64,000 bases of DNA, taken from NCBI GenBank assembly GCA_002104945.1, contig MCFH01000020.1:558001-622000 (forward strand). Direction: 5' to 3'. The DNA is from Piromyces finnis finn (lineage: Eukaryota > Fungi > Neocallimastigomycota). A program made the position numbers and the translations under genes. The first letter of the stretch is position 1. Each line of letters starts with the position of its first letter. Below the pieces are notes generated by a model. That model saw only the letters and a list, made by a program, of their open reading frames with translations. It did no database searches and was not told the origin of the DNA. This document shows positions 1-11,700 of the stretch, piece by piece.

Positions 1-1272
1 TTCTTAGCTACGTTTAAAACTAAACCAAGAAGCGCTAGCGAAGAAAATAATGAAGAAAATGAAGATAATGAAATTAGCGAAGAAGAAGTTTCTACCAAAG
101 AAATTTGGGAATCCGCTATTTTTAAGGTGGGAGATGATTGTAGACAAGATATTCTTTCTTTACAATTAATTGCTATCTTTAAGAGCATTTTTGTAAAAGA
201 TGATTTAGATATGTATTTATATCCATATAGAGTTGTTGCTACTGATACTGGAGTAATTTTTTCTTTTCTTTTCTTTTTTTATTATAAATAATTATTTAAT
301 TAAATGTTATTAATTTAAAATTTATTATTATGTATTATATAGTGTGGTGTTATTGAATGTATTCCAAACTCTATTTCTAGAGATCAAATGGGTAGAGAAA
401 AAGTTAACAGTTTATATGAGTAAGTCTTAAACAATAAGAAATATTGTTATTGTTATTAATTTTATAAATAATTTGTAACATAATTATTAATGATTTTTTG
501 AATATTATTTATTAAAAAATAGTTATTATGTTGTAAAGTTTGGTCATGCTGATACTGTTAGTTATCAAAAAGCTAGAGCCAATTTTATAAGAAGTTTAGC
601 AGCATATTCTTTAGTCTTATATATGCTTCAAATTAAGGATAGACATAATGGTAATATTATGTTTGATAGCGAAGGTTATATTATTCATATTGGTAAGAAC
701 CCCTTTTTATTTTACTTTTTTTTAAAACTAAATTTGTAGTGTTTATAATTTATTAATAATACATATTAATTGTATAAAAAACAGATTTCGGTTTTATTCT
801 TGATATTTCACCTGGTGGTATTAATTTCGAAAATGTTCCATTTAAATTAACATCTGAAATGCTTGAAGTAATGAGAACTGAAATTGAATCACAACCATAT
901 GAATGGTTCTGTGAATTATGTATTCGTGGTTATTTAGCTATTAGGTAAGTAATTATTGTATTATAAAGAGTATAAGCAATTATATTAATTAGGCTTTTAT
1001 AATTTCTTTTTAATATTAAATTAAATTATATTTATAGACCATATGCTACTCAAATTATTGAAATGGTTTCTTTAATGCAAGAATCAGGTTTACCTTGCTT
1101 TAGAGGAGAAGTTACTCTTAAAAAGTTAAAGAGTCGTTTCCAATTAGATCTTACAGAACAACAAGCTGCTGAATTCATGTCAGAAAAAATTCAACAAAGT
1201 AAACAAAATATTCGTAGTGTTGCATACGATCACTTCCAAAAGATTCAAAACGAAATTCCATATCATAGATAA
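1..1272 (+). CDS. STT4: Phosphatidylinositol 4-kinase alpha (Stt4-type), 3' part only (catalytic domain), 5 exons in window
   Basis: Splicing GT-AG introns 253-342, 420-522, 693-784 and 945-1037 gives one open frame: [16 protein letters not shown]...[17 protein letters not shown]...KDRHNGNIM...[25 protein letters not shown]...IPYHR*. These are the PI3/4-kinase catalytic motifs in their type III alpha form. Confidence 0.9.
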
Positions 1273-1457
1273 ATATTCAATTTCATTTATATATATATTC
1301 TAATACAATAACAAACCAATAAATAATACCTATAATAACAATAACAAAAACAAAACCAACAATAAAACAAAAGTTATAATTGATTGTTAATATATTTTAT
1401 TATTTATTAACAATAAAAAAAAATTAATTATATATAAACGTTTTCTTTTTTTAATCT

Positions 1458-1497
<40 letters not shown>

Positions 1498-2192
1498 GTA
1501 AAAACATAGTAGTTTTTAAGGAATATAAAAAATCAAAAAATATAAAGTTTTTAAATAATAATTATCATAATTTATAAAAATAATAATTACAGATATTTGA
1601 TTTTAATAACAAAGATCTTTAATAATAAAAATTAAAAAAAAAAAAAACAAATAACTAATATTTTTTTTTAAAAAAAAAAATAAAAAATAATAAAAAATAG
1701 TTTTAAATATAAATATTATAATATTATCACTGTATATCCAAATAAATATATATATATATAAACAAACAAAAAAATTCCTTTACAATTATTCTTAAAGTAT
1801 ATGAATTAATTTTTAAATTAGTTAAACAATAATTAATATATATTAATTTTTAAAATTTTTTTTATTATTTTATAATTATTTTTTTAGTAAAAAAATATTA
1901 AATATTCTAATATTTTTAGTTAGGAATATAAATAAATATGTATTTTAAATTTTCTTTTTCTTTTCTTTCTTTTTTTTTTTTTTAAAGAAAAAGGATGAAA
2001 AATGTTAAAAAAAAAAAAAAAAATTAAAATAATGGATAATAATAAAATAAAATACTTTATACTATTGAATATAATAGAATTAAAAAACTGTATTTTTATA
2101 TTTATAAAATATATTTTTTAATAATATATTAAAAATTTAAAAATATGTTATATATAATTGAAAATTTTGTAATACTTGTTTTACTTTTTTTT

Positions 2193-5100
2193 TTAATTGA
2201 CACTTTTTTCATGAACCTTTAAGAATTCCCATAATTTTTTCAAAAATTCTTGATCAACACCCTTTAATTTACATTTTTGGTTCTTAAGTTCATTAGCTTC
2301 GGATTTGATTTCAATCTTAGTTTGATAAGATTGATTTTGTGAACGGAGAATTAATGCAATTTGAGTCACTAAGATTAAGATGGTATGTTCAAATATAAAG
2401 ATGATATCATTGATTATTTCTTGATTTCTTTCAGCAGAATTATTTTTATGATCACTATAATAATCGTATAATATTTGACATTGACTAAGACAATCTAACA
2501 TAGTTCCAAAGGAGCATGGTCCATAAGTATTCATCGTTGGTGCTAATATAGTTAAATTATCATCCCATTGTGTGTAGGATTCTTTTAGAATAAAATTGGC
2601 ATTAGAAAATACTCTAAAACAAGCCAATAAGTTTCTTACAGATTTTATAATTAAATATTCAATATTTTCTATAAATGGTGTAGATATAGTTGATCTCTTA
2701 TTATTCTTTGATTTCTTTAAAATGGATTTTAAATTTACGTCATCCTTTCCATTATTATCATTCTTTTTCGAGGTTAATGATGCTGTTTCAGTTTTCTTTT
2801 CTTCAGTTTCTTCAACAAATTTAATTGATTTAGTATTATTTAATTCTTTTTCTTCATTTGAACATGGAACAGCACGGTTTGATAATATCCTGGTATGTTG
2901 AAGTAAGTAAATCAAATTTTGGAATAAATTAAGAGAATTTGAAATAAATATGTATAATATTGGTGGTAAATTAAGGTTTGTGTATTTATTACAACATTGG
3001 CCCAATTGATAACCTAATTCTGTAATTTTTACGATTTCTTCTAATTGACCATAAGTAATAGATTCATTATCAGTAATTTCTAGTGATTTTATAATTTGAT
3101 TTTCATAAATACCCATAAATCCAATTACTTCTCGTATAAAGTTTTGATTGTAGCGAAGATTATTGAGCATACTTATAGTAATTGAATTGATTAAACACCA
3201 TATTTGATGTAATGGATTTCTCTTTTTTTCACTGCCATTAATAATATATGGTTCAAGATTACCTTTTTGAATAACTGGTGATAAAGAATTATTAGTAAAT
3301 ATGGTAATACAACCTTCTAATGCAAGTCTTTCCGAACCAGCTGCATAATTTGAGAAGGCTTGAATGACATATAAAACTGTTTTTGTAATAACAGGATCAT
3401 CATTGATGGATGTTGAAATAGAAGTACAAAACACATTAAGTAATAATTGTATAATGTTATATCTTTGAACAATTGGTAACCAGATAGATGAATTTAATCC
3501 ATAATCAGAATGAATAAGTTCTGTAATTAAGGATGATACAATTCTAATATCATTGGAATCTCCTTGATAATTATTCTCAGCAAGACTTCTTAACATTGGT
3601 CCATAGAATGAGCAAATAATTGGGAATAATGTGTGACAAGAACTCTTTAAATTACAATCAATAGTTAATTTATTTTTATTTATTATTAATTTATAACTAC
3701 GTAAGGTGAAATAAATTAATGAAAATAAGGATATATAGTAGGAGCGATCAGTAACTTGTCCAAATTCATAAGTGGTAAATGTATTACTTTGTTGAAGGGA
3801 TAATATTAAAAGGGTTAGTAATGATTTAACATCTTCAATTTTAATTTCAGTTAATGATGTTTCTTTTTCGAGCATACTCTTCCATTTATTCGTTAAGAAT
3901 AATAAAAGGAAACAAAGTTCTGATCTAGAAGAATAATCTTTATCTTGACCATAGCTTTTCATTTTTTCAGCGATAATTTGAATAAAACTAAATAATGTAA
4001 TGAAAGGTTTTTTAGTAGAAACTGTCCAGAAGGAATCACCAAGATGTGCAGATGATAATTCAATAAAACACTTCCATGATTTTAAGAGATTATATTGTGC
4101 ATCTAATATGGAGAGTTTATGGTTTAATAAACATATTCTTAAAAGTAAATTGGATTGTTCATTAATCTTTTCGTTAACATCAACAAAGCAAAACTTTGAA
4201 TTAATTAATTGTATATCAAATAAAAATCTATCACCATAATCTCTTTTATTAAATTTAAGACTTCCACTAATAGCATTGTCATCATTAGATTCCATAGCAT
4301 CATCATTAACGGTTTTATCAGAATTTTCAACGTTTGAGAATGAATTTAATTCAATAGAAGGACAAGCCAGTTTCCATTCGTCATATACTCTTAATAACTG
4401 ACTTTTATCAAAAGATAAAGTAAAAAGACTTTCTAACCACGTTTTATAGGATTGTTCTTTAATGATTTTATTAAATAAGTTCTTAAAGTTGTTTGATGTT
4501 TTAGATAATGGGTCCTTTTCATTTTTGGATTGATGATTTAAGCATAAATGAAGTTCCATTGCTAAAATACGAAGAATATATGAGTTAATGATATAATGAT
4601 TAGAGATAGATTTTGTAGTTTCATTCCAAGTAGATACTAATTGTCCATTTTGGTTAATGGATAAAGAGAAATCATCGGAGTTTTCTTTGTAAGATTTGAA
4701 AATTAAATTACTGAATTTAGTCCAAATATCTTGTTTTCTTAATTTTTCTAGAATTGCATAATAATTTAATGCATTTTGCCATAATAAATCAAGAAGTTTA
4801 TAAATTAGTAATATTATATCTAATTTTGTCTTGTAAAATTCTTCGTTCTTTTCCAATGCTTTAATAATAGCGGAAAGAATTGATTTACTATTAATTTCAT
4901 CATTTTTAGTTGCTGATTTTTTATCTTTTGATTTTTCGTCTTCTTTTTCTTTAAAAGTACTACTTCCAATCTTAAAACGATCAATATTTCCTGTTAATAA
5001 TATTTTTGCTAATCCATGTTGAACTTGAATTATTGATATCATTAATGTCCAGAGAGAAGTATGTAAAGCATCAGACTGACCATCGTCCAATATAATATCT

Positions 5101-7976
5101 ATATATTGCTTACATAAAGTACTAGTAAAGTAACCCACAAATGATGGTCTATTTTTACCCCATTGGGCTGTTGCAATACATAATTCATTTAATGTTTCAA
5201 TGGCGTTAGTACATAAATGAACATTATATTCATAATTAGCATAAGAAGCAATAATTGTAATTAATTCAGCTTCGTTTTTGTATACAATTCTATCGAGTAA
5301 TGCTTGTTCTAAGAATGATATTACATTTGGATAACAATATCTTCTATATTGAATGAGATACTTAACAAACTTAAAACTAGATATAATTAATTTTTCTAAC
5401 TCTTGGGCTTCTTTTATTTGATTCTTTAAGTAGAATGATTTAATTGTTTCTTGACCAGTACCGATTACATTTAATAATGGTGTTAAATGATAAAGTGTTC
5501 CATTCAATAAGAATGTATTAATAATAGAATTTTGAAGCATTTTAAATGAAATATTTTTTTTTATACCCATATCTCCTTGATTATTATTCTCAATTTTTGA
5601 AAAGGAATTTTGTTTAATAGATTCATTTATATTAGTGTTTGTTTTTTTTGTATAGAAAGGTGACTTTTCTAATATAGTATTGAATATATGAAGAATTTGA
5701 AGACCAATTTTAAATTTCTCCATGTTATTGACATATCTCCAAGTATCATAACATGGGAAAACATCACTTTGTAAATAAGAAATACTCCAATATAATACTT
5801 CTAATTTCATATTATATAATTCAGAATCCATATCTTGAGTTTGTTGTTGAATTTCACTTATGGCTGTATTTATTAAATCTAAAAAGGCTAAAGTAATTGG
5901 ATATTTGCCATCTGTCATTTCTTTTGATTGAAGGAGACGTTGGAGACCACCATTATTGGATTGATTTCTAATTTTTTTAACACCATCAAGTGCATAGAAT
6001 GATAGACGTGGTATAATTGTTGATTGATATAAGAATGTCCAAATTTCATGAGAATGACTTGGTAAGAATGCCTTTAAGCAATAAATACATGATGTTATTA
6101 AATTCTCTGGTGGGTTATCTAATGTTACTGATCGATTTAATACTCTAATGATTTTACCTATCATTTCAGTTTTAAGAAGTGATTTTGTTTTAGTGAATTC
6201 AGAGAAATGGTATATAAGTTCAGATCCAGCTTCTTTACATTCAGATAAGATAGTTTTTAAAAGTTGTAATATTAAAGTAACAGTAACAATTTTTGATTGT
6301 TCTAAATTAGTTTCATTATCATATACAATTGGCATTTGGAGGAAGTTTTCAATAATACAAAAGAAGAAATGCCATGCTGAGTAATTATATTGCCATTGAA
6401 TAATATATGGTAATGAAGATGAAACTAATCTACCCATAGTTTCTCCTGCTATCATAAATTTCCAATTATCATTTATATCTGGAATCACTATTTGATCTCT
6501 TTTAGTTACATAAGTTTGTCCATTAATAACATAATTATCTAATCTTGTGTTATCAATAATATTAGTAAATGTTGGAACTTCACATAAATATTGGAATACT
6601 GCCATTGCAGCCTTTGGACCTGATGCTAATGAATTTAATAAGCGAATGAATAAATTGAATTGGGCAGGGAATCTTGCTCTTGATATATCTAAGAATGATC
6701 TTCTTTCTTCATGGAAAAAGTCTTCTGTCCAAAATTGATTACATAATTCAACTTGTTTATTATAGAGTTCTATTGTGCATTCTACAAAAGTGTCAAAATC
6801 AGATATATTTTGAATTTCAAAACCTACCATGATTATAGTAAAAAATCCTTTTAAAACACTTTTATAACCAATAGAAATATCTTCATTTTCAGCATAACAT
6901 GGTCCCTTTAATGCATGTAATAAATATTCAAAAACATTACATTGACTTGCACGAATAGCTTGAATGATAGCAACTTCTGAATCGTCTTTTGGCTTTAAGA
7001 AATTTGCTAATTCTTCGTATTCACCTTCTAAGCTTGATTGCTGTTCTTCCAAATATTGGGATATTCTGGAGAGAAAAGCTGCCCAAGCAATAAAGATTGG
7101 TCCAACATTTTCTTGATAATTTATTTTTTGTATAATATTATGAAGTTCAATAATATGTTTTGGAGATGAGAACAAATGGGTTTCAACAGGTGGTGATGGC
7201 AAAATAATATCGTCTAATACAGTTTCTAAATGTAATATTTCAATAAAGACAATAATGGCTAAATGACTAACATAGTTTGATAATTCTAAAGATTCTTTAT
7301 CAAATTTAGCTTGATTATTTTGTTTTAATCCGAATTTTGTTTCAATTAAAATATTAATGATTTTTATTACTTGCTTTGGATTACACATTACTCTTGAATA
7401 ATAAATTAAAAATAAAATTTTTAATAAACATTTTTGTTCTACCAAATTTTGTTTAACCCATGTTGTGGATTTATTCCAATTTGATGCAAATGATTCTGGA
7501 ATTGAACTTAAAGCTGTTTTTTGATATTGAGATAAAATATTATTTATGAATTTATCATCTTTCAATAATTGATCTACTACCTTTTTTGCCAATTCTTGAT
7601 GAATATTTGATTCAGATTCATCTTCTATACTTTGAAATATAGCAATAATTAAATTTAATAAACTTGTTCTTTCTTGAAAGTAATGATTTATAATATCATC
7701 AATGACAATCTCAATCGAAATTTCTGAATTTGTATTGTATCCCAATTCTTGATAATATTCATAACATTTTAATTCATCCAATTTTAAAATATCACTTGCC
7801 TTTAAAATTGCAGTTTGAACATTTTTATTTTTTGCTGATTTTAAAGTTGTTTCTAATTTTGTTTTACTTTCCTTTGACTTTCCTTTGAAAGAGTCTAATA
7901 CGATCTTTAGGTCATCTAAAATTCCTAAAATTATTGGTTCAATTTGTTTTTGGGTATGATTAAGTGATTCAAACAA
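2193..7976 (-). CDS. NUP188: Large alpha-solenoid scaffold nucleoporin, Nup188-like (about 1930+ aa, one 5.8 kb exon; true start lies upstream)
   Basis: 1927-aa uninterrupted helical-rich ORF. N-terminal LDELKC...YFQERTSLL, central RARFPAQF..FIRLLNSLA and WQYNYSAWHFF, and C-terminal RNPLHQIWCLI resemble the Nup188 family as recalled. The ORF opens on TTG; a candidate first exon (MVNSDTKK, 8368-8393, GT donor) was not linked with certainty. Confidence 0.7.
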   Translation of the reverse strand: MFESLNHTQKQIEPIILGILDDLKIVLDSFKGKSKESKTKLETTLKSAKNKNVQTAILKASDILKLDELKCYEYYQELGYNTNSEISIEIVIDDIINHYFQERTSLLNLIIAIFQSIEDESESNIHQELAKKVVDQLLKDDKFINNILSQYQKTALSSIPESFASNWNKSTTWVKQNLVEQKCLLKILFLIYYSRVMCNPKQVIKIINILIETKFGLKQNNQAKFDKESLELSNYVSHLAIIVFIEILHLETVLDDIILPSPPVETHLFSSPKHIIELHNIIQKINYQENVGPIFIAWAAFLSRISQYLEEQQSSLEGEYEELANFLKPKDDSEVAIIQAIRASQCNVFEYLLHALKGPCYAENEDISIGYKSVLKGFFTIIMVGFEIQNISDFDTFVECTIELYNKQVELCNQFWTEDFFHEERRSFLDISRARFPAQFNLFIRLLNSLASGPKAAMAVFQYLCEVPTFTNIIDNTRLDNYVINGQTYVTKRDQIVIPDINDNWKFMIAGETMGRLVSSSLPYIIQWQYNYSAWHFFFCIIENFLQMPIVYDNETNLEQSKIVTVTLILQLLKTILSECKEAGSELIYHFSEFTKTKSLLKTEMIGKIIRVLNRSVTLDNPPENLITSCIYCLKAFLPSHSHEIWTFLYQSTIIPRLSFYALDGVKKIRNQSNNGGLQRLLQSKEMTDGKYPITLAFLDLINTAISEIQQQTQDMDSELYNMKLEVLYWSISYLQSDVFPCYDTWRYVNNMEKFKIGLQILHIFNTILEKSPFYTKKTNTNINESIKQNSFSKIENNNQGDMGIKKNISFKMLQNSIINTFLLNGTLYHLTPLLNVIGTGQETIKSFYLKNQIKEAQELEKLIISSFKFVKYLIQYRRYCYPNVISFLEQALLDRIVYKNEAELITIIASYANYEYNVHLCTNAIETLNELCIATAQWGKNRPSFVGYFTSTLCKQYIDIILDDGQSDALHTSLWTLMISIIQVQHGLAKILLTGNIDRFKIGSSTFKEKEDEKSKDKKSATKNDEINSKSILSAIIKALEKNEEFYKTKLDIILLIYKLLDLLWQNALNYYAILEKLRKQDIWTKFSNLIFKSYKENSDDFSLSINQNGQLVSTWNETTKSISNHYIINSYILRILAMELHLCLNHQSKNEKDPLSKTSNNFKNLFNKIIKEQSYKTWLESLFTLSFDKSQLLRVYDEWKLACPSIELNSFSNVENSDKTVNDDAMESNDDNAISGSLKFNKRDYGDRFLFDIQLINSKFCFVDVNEKINEQSNLLLRICLLNHKLSILDAQYNLLKSWKCFIELSSAHLGDSFWTVSTKKPFITLFSFIQIIAEKMKSYGQDKDYSSRSELCFLLLFLTNKWKSMLEKETSLTEIKIEDVKSLLTLLILSLQQSNTFTTYEFGQVTDRSYYISLFSLIYFTLRSYKLIINKNKLTIDCNLKSSCHTLFPIICSFYGPMLRSLAENNYQGDSNDIRIVSSLITELIHSDYGLNSSIWLPIVQRYNIIQLLLNVFCTSISTSINDDPVITKTVLYVIQAFSNYAAGSERLALEGCITIFTNNSLSPVIQKGNLEPYIINGSEKKRNPLHQIWCLINSITISMLNNLRYNQNFIREVIGFMGIYENQIIKSLEITDNESITYGQLEEIVKITELGYQLGQCCNKYTNLNLPPILYIFISNSLNLFQNLIYLLQHTRILSNRAVPCSNEEKELNNTKSIKFVEETEEKKTETASLTSKKNDNNGKDDVNLKSILKKSKNNKRSTISTPFIENIEYLIIKSVRNLLACFRVFSNANFILKESYTQWDDNLTILAPTMNTYGPCSFGTMLDCLSQCQILYDYYSDHKNNSAERNQEIINDIIFIFEHTILILVTQIALILRSQNQSYQTKIEIKSEANELKNQKCKLKGVDQEFLKKLWEFLKVHEKSVN

Positions 7977-8917
7977 TTCAAATATACTTTGAATTGTTCT
8001 TTTGAATATTAATAGTTTATATTATGATATATTAAAAATTTGTATTGAAAAATATATATTAAAATTAGTGAATAAACAATAATATAAAACAATATGTATC
8101 AATATTATTAGTCTAATTTATATTTATAATAGTTGGAAAAAATGTTAAGTATTGCTTTCATTTATTAATTTTTTAATCACATTTATAGTATTAAATATTT
8201 AATTTAGTAATTAGCAAAGATTTTGGATATATTTTTTAATTTTTATTGATATATTATTATCATTATTATCATTATTTTTATTTTTATTATAACACATTTT
8301 TACTTTTATTGAAATATTTTAACATTATTTTGAGATGAATATAAAATTTAAATTTATTGATTTATACCTTTTCTTCGTATCTGAATTTACCATTTTTATT
8401 AATTTATTTATATATTTTTATTATTTTTATACTTTTTAATGTTTAGTATTTATCTTTTCTTTTTCCTTAATGTCTTAATACATAGTTAGTTTAAAAAATG
8501 GAAAAAGAAATAAAAATAATTCTATTAAAAATATGTAAAATAAAATAATTTTCTAAAAAACAATTAATATTATATAAAAAAAAAAAAATAATTAATAAAT
8601 GTTAAATAGAATAATATTATATTTTTTATGTTTGTATTTTACACTTTATTATTAGATTGTGAAAATTTAAAAGATGATTGGCTATTCATTTCTGAATAAT
8701 ACATTTTCTCAAATAATAAAAATTTCTTGTAGTAGATTTCATATTAAAGAAATATTTAAATTTATTTTAAATACATTCATTAAAATAATTACAATGTGGC
8801 TAATGATAACATGTACAAATCTTCGTATTATAAGAAATATTAATCTTTATTAAATTTTTTATCTTTAAATTTTAATTTTTTTCAAAATTCCTATTCTTTT
8901 TTTTTTTTTTTTTTTTT

Positions 8918-10706
8918 TTAATAATAATTCAATATTATTGCTTCAAATAAATTATAATAATATGATAGTTCTTGTTCATATTTTATTTCATTAGGTTCAG
9001 TACTGTTTCTTGATGAAAATCCATTTGATAGATCTTTAATATCTTTTAATACATTGATCCATTCAGATTTATGTTCATTAGTAAGTGGATGGTCAATTAT
9101 AAAACTCTGTATTAAAAGTAACAGAATATGTATAACTACTAAATAACCTTTACAAGATAAATCTCTTGGTATAAAATTTAAACAGTATGCTAATATTTTA
9201 TCTTCATCAAATTTAAAATGTAATGGGACAACTCTTCTTCCTTCATAATTACATTTATTTTGAAGAATTCTTTCTATTACACCTTGTTTAATTTTAATAT
9301 CAATTATAGTCTTAGAAATAAATATTAAAGAAAAGGCGATAATTAATATTATAAAGTATTTATCATCTATTTCATAAATTTATAATAATATTTAAAACAT
9401 CTTACTTCAATAAAAGGAATCAACATTCCTTCAGTAATATTCGATTTTATTAAATTAATTATATCCTCTCTATTGATTAAATAATTTTTATCATTTTTTG
9501 ATGATTTTGGTTTGGTATAACTATACAGTGATATCTAGATGTTATATGAAAATTATTATTGTTATTATTATTTAGTTATTAGGAAAATAAAAAGTATATT
9601 TATTATCGATAATTACAAGATAAATTAGTAATTGGATATCCGATTGAATAAAAGATATTTGTTCATAATCGTAATATGTTGTATAATCAAACAATTCACA
9701 AATATTTTTTATTAATTTACTTAACGATACTTTTTTAATAATCCTATAAAGAAGAGTTTTTTTCATTAAACCTATTTAAATTATATATAAAAATTATTAA
9801 TATTAATATATATAATGTGATTAATCATGACTAATTCATTGATAATTTGATTTACTTTGATTTTGCTGGATGTCATTTTTTAATATTGATATTATTGTAT
9901 GGAAAAATATATATATAATTTCGGGCTAAATATATTTATAATAAGAGCAAAAAAAAAAAATAATAATAAAAGTTATAATTTTATTAACATATAAACATTT
10001 ATATTAATATTATAAATTCCACTTACTTTTTCGATTTTTCTTGTTTCTTTATAATTTACAATATTGAAGAAAACTTTATTAATCTGTATTTTATTTTATT
10101 AAATATTTTTATTATAATTTCCTAAATAAAAATAATTATTTTATTATTATTATTTCTATTAAAAAATACCTCCTCCATAACTTCATTTGGTTCATCTTCT
10201 TTATTTAATTTTTCATAGCCTTCAATCTTATATATTAAAAAATAAATTAATTTATTATTATTATTTTTTTTTTTTAAAAAATTGTATAATGAAAGATTAA
10301 ATTTACATTTCCTAATGAATTCATCACTATATAAATGATATTATTAAAATATAAAGATTCGTCTTCATTTGCCAAAAATTCAAATGGTAGTTCTTTATTT
10401 AAATTGATTTTTCTATCTTTTTGTAATATATCATAATTAAATACATTGGGTATCTGAGATATATTTTGAACTATATTACATGATTCATTTATAATTTCTT
10501 CTTCTCTACAATTAAGACAAGTATTCAATAAAAGTTCAATTATTTCTCTTTTAAGGAAATAAAAGTTATTTTCATTTAATATATAAAAACATTAATAATT
10601 TAATTTATAATTTAATTCAATTATATAATTTTTAAACGGAATTTCAATTAAAATTTCAACACAAACTAAATTCTATTCTACAATTATTACTATATAGTTG
10701 TAAAAT

Positions 10707-10772
<66 letters not shown>

Positions 10773-11201
10773 GCATTATATTTATCTATCGTATATTTTT
10801 ATTATTAACTTTAGTCTTTTTTTTTTTTTTAATAATTAAATAAAAACTAACTTATTTGGATATGAGTTTACAGAATTAAATGCTTGGAGCAATGGAAATA
10901 TTGATAAATCTATTTTAATTGAGATTATAAAGGAAATAGAACAATGATAATGAATAATAAAATTTTCAACTTTTTGCATATTTAATACAAAACATATATG
11001 CTATTATTGTTATTGCATTATGTAAATTTTACAATGATTTTCTTCAAAGAAGTTTTCTATTAGATTTTGTTGCTGATATGTATATGGCCTTCCTTGAACT
11101 GTTTCCTTAAAATTTATATTAAAATCTTCATTTTCATTAAATAATTCATTTTTTTCTATCACTGTGATTTGAATATCTGTCGAACGTAGATTCTTTCTCA
11201 T
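8918..11201 (-). CDS. Hypothetical multi-exon protein, family not recognised
   Basis: Several coding-like segments join in frame across GT-AG junctions: MRKNLRSTD...EENH/FENFIIHYHCS...YPN/KEIIELLLNTCLNCREEE..., then ...QQNQ/SLMKKTLLY..., ending ...ELSYYYNLFEAIILNYY*. One junction near 9930-10020 could not be phased, so this may be two genes or carry a lesion. Confidence 0.5.
10709..10772. repeat. Poly-T run of about 50 nt followed by poly-A, inside a predicted intron
   Basis: Direct reading. Confidence 0.9.
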
Positions 11202-11700
11202 TTTATATAAATAAATTATTATGTTATTTTTATTAAATATTAAATTTTTATAATTAAAAACTAAATTTTGAAATTTAAAGATTTCTCTTTCCAATTTTTT
11301 TTTTTTTTTAAATTATTTATAAACTTAAATAATTTCTAATTTTAAATGTGTAATATGAAAGCCTCATTTTTAACTAATTAATGTTATATTTTGGAAATAT
11401 CTTAAAAGTAAAAATAATATAATGCCACATATTTTATTATTGATATTTTTTAATATATATTAAAAAAATATAAAATTGAAAATTAGAACATTGAAAAGTT
11501 TGAAATATTTTAAAATTTATAAAAATAACTTTTATTATTATTTTTATTTTTCTATTATTTATTTATTTTATTTTTATTTTTATTTTTTAGTAATTATATA
11601 TTATTTTAATAAAGAGGATGCTCGATAATAGTATTCAATTCCTTATACATATCACTACAAATATATATGCAATTTTGGTTAACAAATATTAATTATTAAT

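Noticed and set aside
2596-6738. Short plus-strand ORFs within the nucleoporin gene
   Set aside because: They are antisense shadows with no motifs. The same applies to the antisense ORFs over SAC1, ProRS and the MFS exons.
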